A stretch of DNA of 64,000 bases, from the IMG/VR virus record IMGVR_UViG_3300033994_002454, positions 1 to 64,000 of that record; one strand, given 5' to 3'. Position 1 is the first letter of the stretch; the number at the start of each line of letters is the position of its first letter. Positions 1-10,213 of this stretch are shown here, piece by piece. This DNA comes from an uncultured virus (IMG/VR IMGVR_UViG_3300033994_002454). Taxonomy: Duplodnaviria > Heunggongvirae > Uroviricota > Caudoviricetes. Under the pieces are notes generated by a model, which saw only the letters and a list, made by a program, of their open reading frames with translations, ran no database searches and was not told where the DNA came from. Position numbers and translations under genes: made by a program.

Positions 1-323
1 TTATCTTTTAATAAGTAATAAATCATTGTCATAGGATCTTTATCTCGCCATATGTTAATTTGTTCTAAATAATTTAAAATATTATTAAGATCAGGTATAT
101 CGTATAATCTATCCATAATAACATATGATCTAGTTAATTCATATATTTTAGGAAATATATTAGGGTGTTTATTAAACTGGTTATAGAAATATAATTCATC
201 TTGGGTAAAACCATCTGAAAAGTTACTTTGTTTTTTAACTTTATTTTTATCTATAGCGTATACTTTACCTTGTTCTCCTCCACCTAGGTAGGTTTCTTTT
301 AATATGTCTATAAGTTTAATCAT
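1..323 (-). CDS. protein-kinase-like protein, truncated by window edge
   Basis: Manual translation from ATG at 323: MIKLIDILKETYLGGGEQGKVYAIDKNKVKK, a GxGxxGxVY glycine-rich loop followed by Lys; not in ORF track. Confidence 0.6.
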   Translation of the reverse strand, partial: MIKLIDILKETYLGGGEQGKVYAIDKNKVKKQSNFSDGFTQDELYFYNQFNKHPNIFPKIYELTRSYVIMDRLYDIPDLNNILNYLEQINIWRDKDPMTMIYYLLKD

Positions 324-757
324 TCTCCTTTACGTTCTTGCCATTCATAAGATATACCATCTCTTACAATAGGACCACCTTTAGCCCATGTTCTGCAAGT
401 ACGAGCTGAATGGCATTTGAAACTATGCATCCAACAATATCCTAATCTACCATCTTCATCTGATAATGGTCCAGGCATACAATCTTCCATTCTTGGAGAG
501 ATATCAAATGCAGCACAATTAGCACATAAAGATTGTTTAGCAGCTTCAACTGTTGTATCCCAATGTTCTGCTAATTTGTCCCAATAATCTCCAGGTTCAT
601 CAACATTTAAAGGACCATATTTAATGTAATCTGCTTTAATAGCCGAGTCTCTATTTCGAGTGTTAAGTTCTAAATCTTGAGTAGGTAAAGGGCAAGCCAT
701 AGCAGCTTCATATAATTTACCTTCAGCTAAATATTTTTTTAAATCAAAATTGTCCAT
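320..757 (-). CDS. Cys/His-rich hypothetical protein, putative virion-internal protein
   Basis: Likely start MDNFDLKKYLAE at 757 rather than 865; CANC...C...CWMHSFKCH...C cluster. Confidence 0.6.
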   Translation of the reverse strand: MDNFDLKKYLAEGKLYEAAMACPLPTQDLELNTRNRDSAIKADYIKYGPLNVDEPGDYWDKLAEHWDTTVEAAKQSLCANCAAFDISPRMEDCMPGPLSDEDGRLGYCWMHSFKCHSARTCRTWAKGGPIVRDGISYEWQERKGE

Positions 758-758
758 A

Positions 759-1235
759 TTATTTTGTTTTACCCCATTTAGTACCTTTACCAGGTGTTTT
801 ACATTGAGCAGGTGTAGGACGACATGAAGGATATTTTGAGCGTTTTTCTCCTTTTTCACGTCCACATGCTTTATATCCTGTTATTTTACCATCTTTTCTA
901 ATAGGTGCATTACAGTCAACCCATCCACCTTTTTTACCAGGTGCACCTTTACGACTAAACCATTTTCTTAAAGACTCGTCTTCTTGTAAAATTTCTCTAA
1001 TTATATCTTTTAGTTTAGAATATCCTGATCCGTAAGGAGTAGCTTTACCTGCTTGAGGGTCATCTGCTTCTTTAACATCTTTCCAAATTTTACCTTGACG
1101 ACATCTAACTACAGCGCCGGATTTATAAGCAGATGGTTTGTCAAATTTGCGGTCTGCAATACGAAGACATCTGTCTCGTTTTTTCTTTTCTTCAGAAAGA
1201 ACTTCGTTAATAAGTTTTTCTAACCTAGTCATCAC
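759..1235 (-). CDS. basic phage hypothetical protein (DUF5872-like)
   Basis: SAYKSGAVV, LRKWF..WVD..CGR..KYPSCRP motifs recalled from conserved large-virus proteins. Confidence 0.5.
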   Translation of the reverse strand: MMTRLEKLINEVLSEEKKKRDRCLRIADRKFDKPSAYKSGAVVRCRQGKIWKDVKEADDPQAGKATPYGSGYSKLKDIIREILQEDESLRKWFSRKGAPGKKGGWVDCNAPIRKDGKITGYKACGREKGEKRSKYPSCRPTPAQCKTPGKGTKWGKTK

Positions 1236-1909
1236 CAGAATCCAGAAAAAGATGATTTTAATCCAAGTAATTTAGCATATCTTGGTAAACGACATGACCA
1301 ATAAGATGCTTTTGTTCTATCTTTTTTATTGGCACAGTCATGACGTTTTGCAAATGCACGACGTGCTTCTGGGTTATTTATTTTGGCTGATAGGCCTGTT
1401 GTATCTCCAAAAGATACTTTTTTAATTCCGCCTCCAGGTTTTCTAACATAAACATAGAATTTTTTAGATCCACCACGTTTTGGTTTTCCAATTGGGGGAT
1501 TTTTCTTTTTACCTTCAGCTTCTTCAAGTTCTTCGTTTTCAAGCAAAAGTAAATCTAAAGGTACTTTAACACCTTCATATAAACCATAGTTACCTAAGTC
1601 AGTTTCCTCTAAAATTTCTTTATCATCATCGTTTACATGAATAATTTCACGTAAATATAAAGCGCGAGCTTCTGCCCATAAATTAAGGAACGATTCCGAA
1701 CCATATCGGAACGTGTTTTCAGTAAGTGGTAATTTGTTTACCACGTGATATCGCAGATTTTCCGATAATATTTCTTTAGGTGCTATACTTTCGTTTAGTA
1801 CTACACCAACATTACCTACATTGTTACAATCGTGGCAACCACAATTGCACTTGTCCTTTTTAGAGGGAATAGATAATACTTCTTTTATAAGTTTACGTAG
1901 ACGTTCCAT
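1232..1909 (-). CDS. phage hypothetical protein with conserved basic C-terminal domain (DUF6321-like)
   Basis: KKFYVYV..IKKVSFG..ARRAFAKRHDC..ASYWSC. Confidence 0.5.
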   Translation of the reverse strand: MERLRKLIKEVLSIPSKKDKCNCGCHDCNNVGNVGVVLNESIAPKEILSENLRYHVVNKLPLTENTFRYGSESFLNLWAEARALYLREIIHVNDDDKEILEETDLGNYGLYEGVKVPLDLLLLENEELEEAEGKKKNPPIGKPKRGGSKKFYVYVRKPGGGIKKVSFGDTTGLSAKINNPEARRAFAKRHDCANKKDRTKASYWSCRLPRYAKLLGLKSSFSGFW

Positions 1910-1920
1910 GACTATAAATA

Positions 1921-3147
1921 TTATTTATTAGTTCTAATGTTCATTCTCATTGGAAGTAATTTACCTGAAGCATTTCTTGCTACAATTTGGTAAACTAAAG
2001 GTACTTTTTTTCCACCTTCTAACACTTCACTATCTGTTTCGATTCGAACTTCTAAAACTTTTGTTGTTGGGCCAGGGTATTTTACTTTAACTGAATCAGA
2101 TCTTAAGTCACCTACCATTTTATAGGCATCCTCTGGGGTTGCTACATGGTAAATAAATAATTTTCCTCCAGGTTTTTCTCTAACATACCAATAGCCGTAT
2201 CCAAAAGATGAAGCTAATAATTTTTTAACTTTATCTAAATCAACACCACTAACAGATTCCCAATTATTTGGTGTACCTGTTTGGTTAATATAATTGTTTA
2301 ACCCATCTGCTATTCTTTGAGAATCAATATTCAAGATATCAAATATTTCTTGAAACAATGGATTATCACCATACTTTGATTTATCAAATATTACTTTACC
2401 TTCTTTATCGAATACAATAAATGGTATATTTCCACCATTATAAATTGCAGAACCACCTACATTTTTAATAGATAAATAATATGGTCCTTTTGGTGTTGTA
2501 ATTACTATATCTGCAATAGTTGTGCCTATTTCTTTAGGACCTTCAAATGAAAGTTGTCTTGAAGTATCGGATGCACCTGCAAATTTAATATTTTCTGCTG
2601 TTATAGTAGATGGATCAATGTCTAAAGTAGTAAAAATTTGTTTTACTTCAGGGTCTTCTATTGAATCTAAAGAATTTCCAGCCGCTGATTGTAATTTTTC
2701 AAGTAAGCCTTGTTCATATTTTTCACCTTCATTTGCTCCACCGGCTAAAGTGATTTGTACTTGACCTTCACCTTCTAAATCAAATTCAAACATGTTGTAT
2801 TTTGAACTACCATTAGGTCCTTCTTTAGGACCATATACTTTAACTTTAGGTGAACCAAATACACTGTTTAAAATTTCAAGAAATTTATCTTTATCTATTT
2901 TATTGATATTACCTATTCTATAATCATTGGCCATTTTAGACAATCCAGCCTCTTTACCTTCTTTAGAATTAACAATAGCATCAATTGCTTTACGGGTGTT
3001 AGCTGCTTTAGTTCCTTCTCTTAAGTCGATATTATATTTAAATAATTCTCGCTCTAATAACAGTATATCCTGTTTATTTTTCATATCAGGATACCCTTTA
3101 GGAAACTTGTAAGCTATACTATATAAAAACTTTTCTAAAATATCCAT
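1921..3147 (-). CDS. PD-(D/E)xK restriction-endonuclease-like protein
   Basis: GEKYE helix followed by ADIVITT..YYLSIK (D-xn-S-x-K variant); N-terminal YKFPKGYPD domain. Confidence 0.45.
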   Translation of the reverse strand: MDILEKFLYSIAYKFPKGYPDMKNKQDILLLERELFKYNIDLREGTKAANTRKAIDAIVNSKEGKEAGLSKMANDYRIGNINKIDKDKFLEILNSVFGSPKVKVYGPKEGPNGSSKYNMFEFDLEGEGQVQITLAGGANEGEKYEQGLLEKLQSAAGNSLDSIEDPEVKQIFTTLDIDPSTITAENIKFAGASDTSRQLSFEGPKEIGTTIADIVITTPKGPYYLSIKNVGGSAIYNGGNIPFIVFDKEGKVIFDKSKYGDNPLFQEIFDILNIDSQRIADGLNNYINQTGTPNNWESVSGVDLDKVKKLLASSFGYGYWYVREKPGGKLFIYHVATPEDAYKMVGDLRSDSVKVKYPGPTTKVLEVRIETDSEVLEGGKKVPLVYQIVARNASGKLLPMRMNIRTNK

Positions 3148-3614
3148 TATGCTTCAGGTGTTTCTGCTGGAGTTTCTGCTGGTGTTTCTTCAGCTGGTGG
3201 GGTTGGTTCAGTTCCTAAATCAAGTTCTCCACCTTCTGTTCCAGCTTCTTCTTTTGCTCCATAACGTAAAATATTTGCTATAGACTGTGCTGCTCTTTCT
3301 TCTTCAGGTAAATTTAAAAGGTAATATTTTTTACCTTCTACTTGTGCAATCCAACTACGTTTACCATAGATCAAATAAAACATTTGACCATTTTGTAAGT
3401 TAATACGGAATGTAGTAGGACGTGGTGCAACCCAATCAATTGAAGCTAAAAAGCTATCATATTCTGGGGTTAATAAATCAACGATAACTTTTTTAAGCTC
3501 AGGAAACTTTGTCAGTTCATCATATTGAACTGCCTCTTCAGGTGTTACTGTCATATTTGAGTACACCTGCTTTGATAAAGCTTTGAGTCTATTTACAAGT
3601 TCTTCGCGTGTCAT
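3147..3614 (-). CDS. hypothetical protein with acidic ETPA-repeat tail
   Basis: 155-aa ORF, translationally coupled to neighbours. Confidence 0.6.
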   Translation of the reverse strand: MTREELVNRLKALSKQVYSNMTVTPEEAVQYDELTKFPELKKVIVDLLTPEYDSFLASIDWVAPRPTTFRINLQNGQMFYLIYGKRSWIAQVEGKKYYLLNLPEEERAAQSIANILRYGAKEEAGTEGGELDLGTEPTPPAEETPAETPAETPEA

Positions 3615-4375
3615 TATTTTTGTTTAAGTTTAGCTAAAATAGCTTCTTTAATTTTTTGTGCTTTAGCTGTAGCAATGCGTCCTGCTTTTTCATCAGACAT
3701 ACCTTGAGCTTTTAAAGCGTCATAAATTTCACCACGTTTTTTAACTTGCTTTTTTGACATTTCGTCAATAGCACCTTCTTCAGAAGCTACATCTACCATA
3801 GCATTAAGTTCTGGTTCTTTTAATTCAAACTCAAGGTAATGTTTTGCTGAAGAAATCATATTTTTAGCAGTGATAATTTTTGACTGCCACCAATGAGGAA
3901 AATCAACTTCTTGGCCATTGTCAAATTGATCAACCATTTTATAAAGTTCCATAGCATATTTACCAATTTGGTAAAGGTCTGCTTTGATCATATTTGGTTC
4001 ATCATCTTCATGACCTAGATCCATATCTTCCATTTGCATTTTTTTCTTATCTTGAGCAGCTTTTTTCATTGACTCTTTTTTGTCTCCGTCTTTGTCAAGA
4101 TCTAAAAAATCTGGTTTAGCTTTTTCTGTTAAAGCAGCTCTAACCATTTCTCTTAATTTGCTATTTTCCATTGTTTCTTCAGGTTGTGGTTCTTCAATGT
4201 TGTTGGCTGCTTGTTTTTTTACTTGATTAACAGCAGTACCATAAGCCACATTTTCGGCATTTTTACCATGTTTTCTTACTAATTTATCTCTACGTTTTGG
4301 ATCGTTTACGATTGCCAAAAAGTTGTCATAGATTTTTTTAGATTCTTCTGGTGAAAATGCCTCATGTAGTTTCAT
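3614..4375 (-). CDS. charged hypothetical protein, putative head-internal protein
   Basis: KPDFLDLDKDGDKKESMKKA EF-hand-like motif and FPHWWQSKI segment typical of large-phage head proteins. Confidence 0.5.
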   Translation of the reverse strand: MKLHEAFSPEESKKIYDNFLAIVNDPKRRDKLVRKHGKNAENVAYGTAVNQVKKQAANNIEEPQPEETMENSKLREMVRAALTEKAKPDFLDLDKDGDKKESMKKAAQDKKKMQMEDMDLGHEDDEPNMIKADLYQIGKYAMELYKMVDQFDNGQEVDFPHWWQSKIITAKNMISSAKHYLEFELKEPELNAMVDVASEEGAIDEMSKKQVKKRGEIYDALKAQGMSDEKAGRIATAKAQKIKEAILAKLKQK

Positions 4376-4578
4376 TTCTTAAGCCTTGTCTTCTGCAGTT
4401 GATGTCTTTTTGAATTCAGCTGCAAGTTTTTTGATGTTATTGGCTGCACTACGTGCACGTCCACGAGCTGCTTTTGATGTTTTAGCATGCTCAGCTTCCA
4501 TAATAACAACTTGTTCTTTAATTGCGTCTAAAAGTTCTGTTGTGTTCATAAATTTTATTATTTATAGATTATTAAATA

Positions 4579-5169
4579 TTAGCCTTCTCCACCTCCAATA
4601 TATTCGCTAACGAAAAATTTAAGTGTGTTTCCGACTTGTGTTTCAAGTTTTTCATTGTTCATTCCTTTAGCAATTTTAAATGCTTTCATTAAAGCATCCA
4701 TCAAATCACCTTCAGTACCTTTCATATCAGCAGAAATGTCTTCTAAACCACCAGCTATGTCTGTAGGTGCTTCATCAGCAGGAGCTTCATCAGCAGGTAC
4801 TTCTTCAGTTGTATCAGTTACTTCAACGTCTTCAACGTCTTCTTCTTTATCTTTTTTAGCTTCATCTAAAAATCCTCCGTCAGCCGCAGCATCCATCATT
4901 TCTGCTTCTTCTTCTCCAGGATCTCCTTCGTAAACTGGGTCCATCATGTCTGTTGCTGTTTCGCCTTCTAGTTCAGCAACAATCATTTCTTTGATTTTTG
5001 CTTTCATTTCTTCACGCTTACCTGCTTTTTTTCCTTTTTCGTATTCGTATTTGTCTACGTCAGCTCTTTCTTCACGAGACTCATTTTCGTTAAGGGCTTT
5101 AAATGAAGGATTTAAATTCTCAAGGGATTTATTTTCCTTTAAGAATTTTTTTAAGTCAAAATTGTCCAT
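4579..5169 (-). CDS. acidic hypothetical protein, scaffold/internal-like
   Basis: Very Glu/Asp-rich; shares MDNFDLKK(F/Y)LxE leader with gene at 320-757. Confidence 0.55.
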   Translation of the reverse strand: MDNFDLKKFLKENKSLENLNPSFKALNENESREERADVDKYEYEKGKKAGKREEMKAKIKEMIVAELEGETATDMMDPVYEGDPGEEEAEMMDAAADGGFLDEAKKDKEEDVEDVEVTDTTEEVPADEAPADEAPTDIAGGLEDISADMKGTEGDLMDALMKAFKIAKGMNNEKLETQVGNTLKFFVSEYIGGGEG

Positions 5170-5170
5170 T

Positions 5171-5800
5171 TTATTTTTTATTATTTGCGTATAAATATTC
5201 GGAAAGTAATGTTCCTATCGCTCCTACTTTCTGTCTTACAAAAGACCATTCATCTCTTACCATATGATGTGGTTCTTTATAAGATACACCCAATACACCT
5301 ATTAAATGATCGTCTAAACTATACACACCAAGCATACACATAGATTTAGTACCAAACTGGGTAGTTAAATATTCTAATCCTAAAGTATCTTCTGCTACAC
5401 TTACATCTTCAACTGAAATCTCATTGTCACTATATATTTTAGAAAGAACTCTAGGAAATAAAGATACGGGAATGTTTTGGAAAGTATGTTGAATAGGGGG
5501 GGTATTTGGGGATGTTTTTTCAAAGAAAAAAGAAAATTTCTGGATTGATTTTCCTGTAGGGTAAAAATGACCTCCATTATGGAATTGGGCTAACCATACT
5601 CTATCGCATTCTAATTCATTCATTATAGCTTCTAATTGTCCATCTATTAAAGTAGAAGTTTCAAGGGCTTCACGCATCGGAGCTTTTTTATCAGTTTTCT
5701 CCATTTTAAGTTTAACCCAATTAACTATAATAGGACCTATTACTGCTGTAATTAAAGCTACAATTATTGTAACTGCTACTGTGGTAGTTGTTGTCATCAT
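5171..5800 (-). CDS. membrane protein with N-terminal TM helix and GAF-like domain (T4 holin T-like architecture)
   Basis: Hydrophobic residues 8-28, then LECDRVWLAQFHNG and IGVLGVSY GAF-like strands. Confidence 0.45.
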   Translation of the reverse strand: MMTTTTTVAVTIIVALITAVIGPIIVNWVKLKMEKTDKKAPMREALETSTLIDGQLEAIMNELECDRVWLAQFHNGGHFYPTGKSIQKFSFFFEKTSPNTPPIQHTFQNIPVSLFPRVLSKIYSDNEISVEDVSVAEDTLGLEYLTTQFGTKSMCMLGVYSLDDHLIGVLGVSYKEPHHMVRDEWSFVRQKVGAIGTLLSEYLYANNKK

Positions 5801-6369
5801 TTTTTAAGTGAATTTAAATATTCTATTACTTCATCTAAAGACTGTTGAGCGCGCTCTTTGTCTATTCCACCAACCCATTTTTGTACTTCACCATGTTCTG
5901 AAATAAAACTATTAGCTTTATTATTCAGAATACTTTCAAACCAACTTTTATATTCTTCTATTTGCTGATCAATTTCAGCATTATGTGTTTTAATTCTATA
6001 ATCTTCCCAAGTACCAGAAATTTTCATTTGAGTTTCTGTAACTGTTCTACAGTCTAAACATTCGTTGTATGCTTTAAAATAAAAGGGATCTAATTGTTTG
6101 TCCATTACTTGTTTACATTTTGGACAAAATAAAGGAACTGCTGCTTTTTTAAAACTATCAAGTTTAGTAACATTTTCTTTTATACCATCTCGGATAGTCC
6201 AAGTTTTACCTCTTTCTTCCCAAATATCACCTTCTTTATGTTCTTCTTGAGTTTCACCTGTATAACCTATACCCATTGTAGAACGATTACCGTATTTACC
6301 TTGAACAAGGTTACGGAGACGTTGAACGTCTTTTTCTACAAATTGCTTTTTTAAAACGTTATCTGACAT
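5797..6369 (-). CDS. zinc-finger hypothetical protein
   Basis: CPKC...CLDC. Confidence 0.55.
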   Translation of the reverse strand: MSDNVLKKQFVEKDVQRLRNLVQGKYGNRSTMGIGYTGETQEEHKEGDIWEERGKTWTIRDGIKENVTKLDSFKKAAVPLFCPKCKQVMDKQLDPFYFKAYNECLDCRTVTETQMKISGTWEDYRIKTHNAEIDQQIEEYKSWFESILNNKANSFISEHGEVQKWVGGIDKERAQQSLDEVIEYLNSLKK

Positions 6370-6370
6370 G

Positions 6371-6895
6371 TTATAGACCTAAATTTTGTAATTGTTTGAT
6401 AGTATCCTCTGCTGATGTATGTAAAATTCCTATTCCTCCTGCTGCATTCCATCTGTCGATAGTGTCTTTTCTATCGTCTATAAGTATACGATTTTTTCCA
6501 GAAAAATCAGATTTAAATTTAGCAGGTTTAAAGTAGATTTTTTTCATATTGTCTAAACGTTGAACCCAATCGTTTTTTGCTTCTCTGGATTCTGGGTTTA
6601 ATGAAGGAGCTGTTAGAATGTATGGGTTATATTTTTTGATATAGCTCCAAAGTTCTTTTCCTCCGGGTTGCCAATCTAAATTTGCCCAATATTCGTATTC
6701 GGACATTCCTTTTTCTTCTAAACTTCGTTTAAATAGATCCCAAAATTCATCTCTACCTTGTGTATTAGCATGGCTAGTAGAAATTCCAGTTAAATCTTTA
6801 TATCCTTTGTCAAAGTCAACTAATACACCATCCATATCACAAAAAATAATATATTTTGGTTTAATTGCTTCGTATAAATCTAATAAATTTGGCAT
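6371..6895 (-). CDS. HAD-family 5'(3')-deoxyribonucleotidase
   Basis: IFCDMDGVLVDF (motif I), ILTAP (motif II), LIDDR (motif IV). Confidence 0.85.
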   Translation of the reverse strand: MPNLLDLYEAIKPKYIIFCDMDGVLVDFDKGYKDLTGISTSHANTQGRDEFWDLFKRSLEEKGMSEYEYWANLDWQPGGKELWSYIKKYNPYILTAPSLNPESREAKNDWVQRLDNMKKIYFKPAKFKSDFSGKNRILIDDRKDTIDRWNAAGGIGILHTSAEDTIKQLQNLGL

Positions 6896-6922
6896 TGTTT
6901 AAAATTAGAGTTTTTGATAAAT

Positions 6923-8689
6923 TTACAAAAGGTCTTTTACACGTTCAAGTAGTTCTTCACTAAAATCAACCCCATGTCTATTTTTAAATTCTTTTACTAA
7001 CTTGTCAGTAGGTAAACCTTTATCTTTTAATAAAACATATGCCCCTAAATCAGCATCCATTTCATCATCTTCAGAATATGGTCCTGTATGTCCTAAAAGT
7101 AAATGTGTTACTTCGTGTGCTTCAACAAATTTTAAATCATTAAAATCCAAGTCTGAATCTACAAAAGTTTCACCATCAATGATTATTGTTTTATCTTTTG
7201 GGTAATAGAAACCATACCCATATTCGTCAAAATATGGTTTTAAATTTGGATAGTTTTCATTTTCTTTGAAAATAACTAAAATATTTACACCTGGTTTAAA
7301 TGTGCTAGGGTATGAAAGTACATCGGTATCATCTTCTTCTTTAATAACACCTTCAGTAATAGTATCTGTCCATCCTCTAAACATCATATTACCTTTTTCA
7401 TATGCTTCTCTTTCTATTTCAGGTAAATCACCTTCTTCGTTTGTGTTTTGAGTTGTAATATTACCTAAACGATCCTCACAATTCTGCATATGGTGAATCA
7501 TTTCATGCGCATATGAACGCATAATGTCTTTTGGATGACGATCCATTGTGTAAAGTACTATAACGCGGTTATTCGGGTCATAGTATGCTGTTTTACCGAA
7601 GAAATTTCTAGCATTTTCAACATCATCATTTACAAATTTTACTTTAGGTAAAGGACGAATATTCATGCCTTTATTTAACATAAATTCAGTAAGTGATTTG
7701 ATTAGTTTAGGGTAATCATGTTCACTCGGTTCAACATACATTTCCTGTAAAGCTAATTTCGGGTTAGATGTTTGAAAATTTTTCTTACGCATTACAGTTT
7801 TAGCAACTAAATCCATCTCATCATTTTTCTCATCATAGTTTAGAGCAAATGGTAAGTTAATATCGTTACGTAATTTAAGTAATACCGCTTGATAATCATC
7901 TGGGAGGTTAGCTAATTTTTCTCCGTATTTTTCTGCTGTTTGGGTAAATAGATCTTCCAATTCTTCAGCAGAAATAGGTTTTCCATTGCGTTCATCATTT
8001 ACTCGTTCTATAAAATGTTTAGTGAATTGAACATCTATTCCATAATCCTCAAACCATTCATCAGCTATTTTTTCTACATCATCTAATTCAGATTGTGTAA
8101 CAAATTCTTGAATAGGGGTTTTTGTTAAAATAGACCAAACTTTATCTTTTTCTTCTTGTGAAAGTTGAGTTGGAAGATATGATTGAAATCTTTCTTTTTC
8201 ACCACCAATTAAAGCAGCACGTGTATTTGTACCACTAACCCTATCATCACTACTTTCTGATCGGATAACAATAGTTTTAAAGTTAGGGTATTTTCCTTTT
8301 AAACTATCAAAACGTTTTAAATCACCTAAATCCATTTCACCTCGGATACCTACTACTGGGTAGAAAAATGTATCTGGGGTATTTTTAATCATAGAGGCAA
8401 CATCCGAAATAGGGGATGAATTTTCTGCTATTTTAATTTCAACGTTAGATGGTAAGTATTTTTTGTAAATATCCCATATTGCTTTACTTTCCTCTTTAGA
8501 AACACCATCACGGTTTTTATGGCCAATTAAAACGATTACTTTTTCAAAGTTAGGGTTTTTAGCTACTTCATCAACCAATGCAAAGTGACCTACTGTAGGT
8601 GGTTTAAATCCACCAGGAATAAGAGCAATACCTTTTTGCCCTTCTGCCTCTAATATAGGCTGTATAAGTATTTTAACTAACGAATTCAT
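6923..8689 (-). CDS. multidomain protein: HxGH-type cytidylyltransferase-like domain plus two HExxH zincin-like domains
   Basis: PGGFKPPTVGH and VSGTNTR N-terminal motifs; AHEMIH..E and AHEVTH..E. Confidence 0.7.
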   Translation of the reverse strand: MNSLVKILIQPILEAEGQKGIALIPGGFKPPTVGHFALVDEVAKNPNFEKVIVLIGHKNRDGVSKEESKAIWDIYKKYLPSNVEIKIAENSSPISDVASMIKNTPDTFFYPVVGIRGEMDLGDLKRFDSLKGKYPNFKTIVIRSESSDDRVSGTNTRAALIGGEKERFQSYLPTQLSQEEKDKVWSILTKTPIQEFVTQSELDDVEKIADEWFEDYGIDVQFTKHFIERVNDERNGKPISAEELEDLFTQTAEKYGEKLANLPDDYQAVLLKLRNDINLPFALNYDEKNDEMDLVAKTVMRKKNFQTSNPKLALQEMYVEPSEHDYPKLIKSLTEFMLNKGMNIRPLPKVKFVNDDVENARNFFGKTAYYDPNNRVIVLYTMDRHPKDIMRSYAHEMIHHMQNCEDRLGNITTQNTNEEGDLPEIEREAYEKGNMMFRGWTDTITEGVIKEEDDTDVLSYPSTFKPGVNILVIFKENENYPNLKPYFDEYGYGFYYPKDKTIIIDGETFVDSDLDFNDLKFVEAHEVTHLLLGHTGPYSEDDEMDADLGAYVLLKDKGLPTDKLVKEFKNRHGVDFSEELLERVKDLL

Positions 8690-9434
8690 CTATTTTATTT
8701 TTAGCTGTATCTAGGGTATCAAATTCAGGTAATTGATTAACCATAGATTCAATATCTTTGTTCAATTGAGCTTTTTTAGCATCTGATTTTGCTTGTTCTT
8801 CAGGAGTTTTAGGTTTACCTATAGCAGTAGATGCTTGAAGGAACGGTTCAAGTAAATCAGTGTTAAATTCTTGTTTAGCGTCTTTTGGATTGTTGTTTAA
8901 TAAGATAAAATTATTACCAAACACTTGTTGATATGTTCCAATATTTTTATTTACATCTCTCCAATTACGTAATACAATTCCAGGCATTAGGCTTCTGTCA
9001 CGTTGTTGGTTACGTTCAAGTGAAACTAAGGGAGAAACATAGATCATTAACATCAACGTTTCATACCCTAAATCTTCTAGTTGTTGTTTTTTCTTAGTAA
9101 GAGGAGCTAAAGCACCACCAGTACCATCTAAAATAACGTGGTCTTTATTTGCAATTAGTTTTTCAAATTTATCTTGAGTAACTTTTCTAGCTTGAGCTTG
9201 TAGTTTAGATGCTTGAGATAATTGATCGGGAGTAAAATTCTTTTGTTTTAAACCAAGCCCATTTGCTTTTAATAACTCTTCGTAAGTGTCATCTGAATTG
9301 ATAACTGTAAATGTATTAGGGATAAGTTTAGAGGATATATAAGATTTTCCACTTCCTGCAGGGCCAGCTAAAAATATAGCTTTAGGATTTCCTTGTACCT
9401 CCTTCAATAATTGAACTAGACTTATCATAATCAT
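8673..9434 (-). CDS. P-loop kinase (zeta-toxin/AAA_33-like)
   Basis: AIFLAGPAGSGKS, INSDD, ILDGT, ERNQQRDR lid. Confidence 0.8.
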   Translation of the reverse strand: MIMISLVQLLKEVQGNPKAIFLAGPAGSGKSYISSKLIPNTFTVINSDDTYEELLKANGLGLKQKNFTPDQLSQASKLQAQARKVTQDKFEKLIANKDHVILDGTGGALAPLTKKKQQLEDLGYETLMLMIYVSPLVSLERNQQRDRSLMPGIVLRNWRDVNKNIGTYQQVFGNNFILLNNNPKDAKQEFNTDLLEPFLQASTAIGKPKTPEEQAKSDAKKAQLNKDIESMVNQLPEFDTLDTAKNKIDEFVS

Positions 9435-9439
9435 ACATA

Positions 9440-10213
9440 TTACATCTCTTTCCTAACACTCGTTTTAAATTCAGTAAATATAGGCGCTTCATTTGGGTTT
9501 TCTAGGTCAAATAAACGTTTTACTGTTTTAAAAATTTCAATATTTTCTTCTTGTGTGCGAGATGGTAAAATCATTTCCCATCCTTTACCTTGCATTTTAT
9601 CTTTTGAACCTTTACGTTTAGAAGATTTTAACCATAGAATACCAGTTTTATCAGGTTTAACACCAAAACATTCTTCATAACAATGAGCATAAACTGCTGC
9701 TTGTAATTCATAAGTTGTCTGGATGTGATTTGATGTTTTATGGTCAATAATCCATAAAGAGTTATCAATTCTACAAACTAAATCTGTTGTACCTGCTACT
9801 TTAAGGGTATCTGAATAGAGATGAATTTCTTGGTCAATTAATTCAGGTTTGTAAGTTTCCCAAAAATCAACAAAACGTAAAAACATTTGCCAAATGTTAG
9901 GATCGTATTGTGGGTATCCAGCTTCATTTAAAAAGTTCATTTCTTTACCTTCTAAATACTCTTCAATCATTTCGTGTACTTTAGTTCCATCTTCACCAGC
10001 TTTTCTAACAATGTAATCAGCTGAGCGACCCATGTTTTTTAACCATTCTTCAAAATGTTTACCTTTTGGGTAAGAACCTAACACGTGAGTGATTGATGGG
10101 TAATATTCACCATTTCGTCTGTAGTATCTAGAATCTGGAAGAGTAATTTGTTGAGCATCTTCTGAGATTTCAAGGATACGGTTATTAACGTGCTTAATGT
10201 TACGTTTTTTCAT
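9440..10213 (-). CDS. PD-(D/E)xK exonuclease
   Basis: YPSITHVL, GTKVH, E..AGTTDL..IIDHKTS, QAAVY. Confidence 0.85.
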   Translation of the reverse strand: MKKRNIKHVNNRILEISEDAQQITLPDSRYYRRNGEYYPSITHVLGSYPKGKHFEEWLKNMGRSADYIVRKAGEDGTKVHEMIEEYLEGKEMNFLNEAGYPQYDPNIWQMFLRFVDFWETYKPELIDQEIHLYSDTLKVAGTTDLVCRIDNSLWIIDHKTSNHIQTTYELQAAVYAHCYEECFGVKPDKTGILWLKSSKRKGSKDKMQGKGWEMILPSRTQEENIEIFKTVKRLFDLENPNEAPIFTEFKTSVRKEM

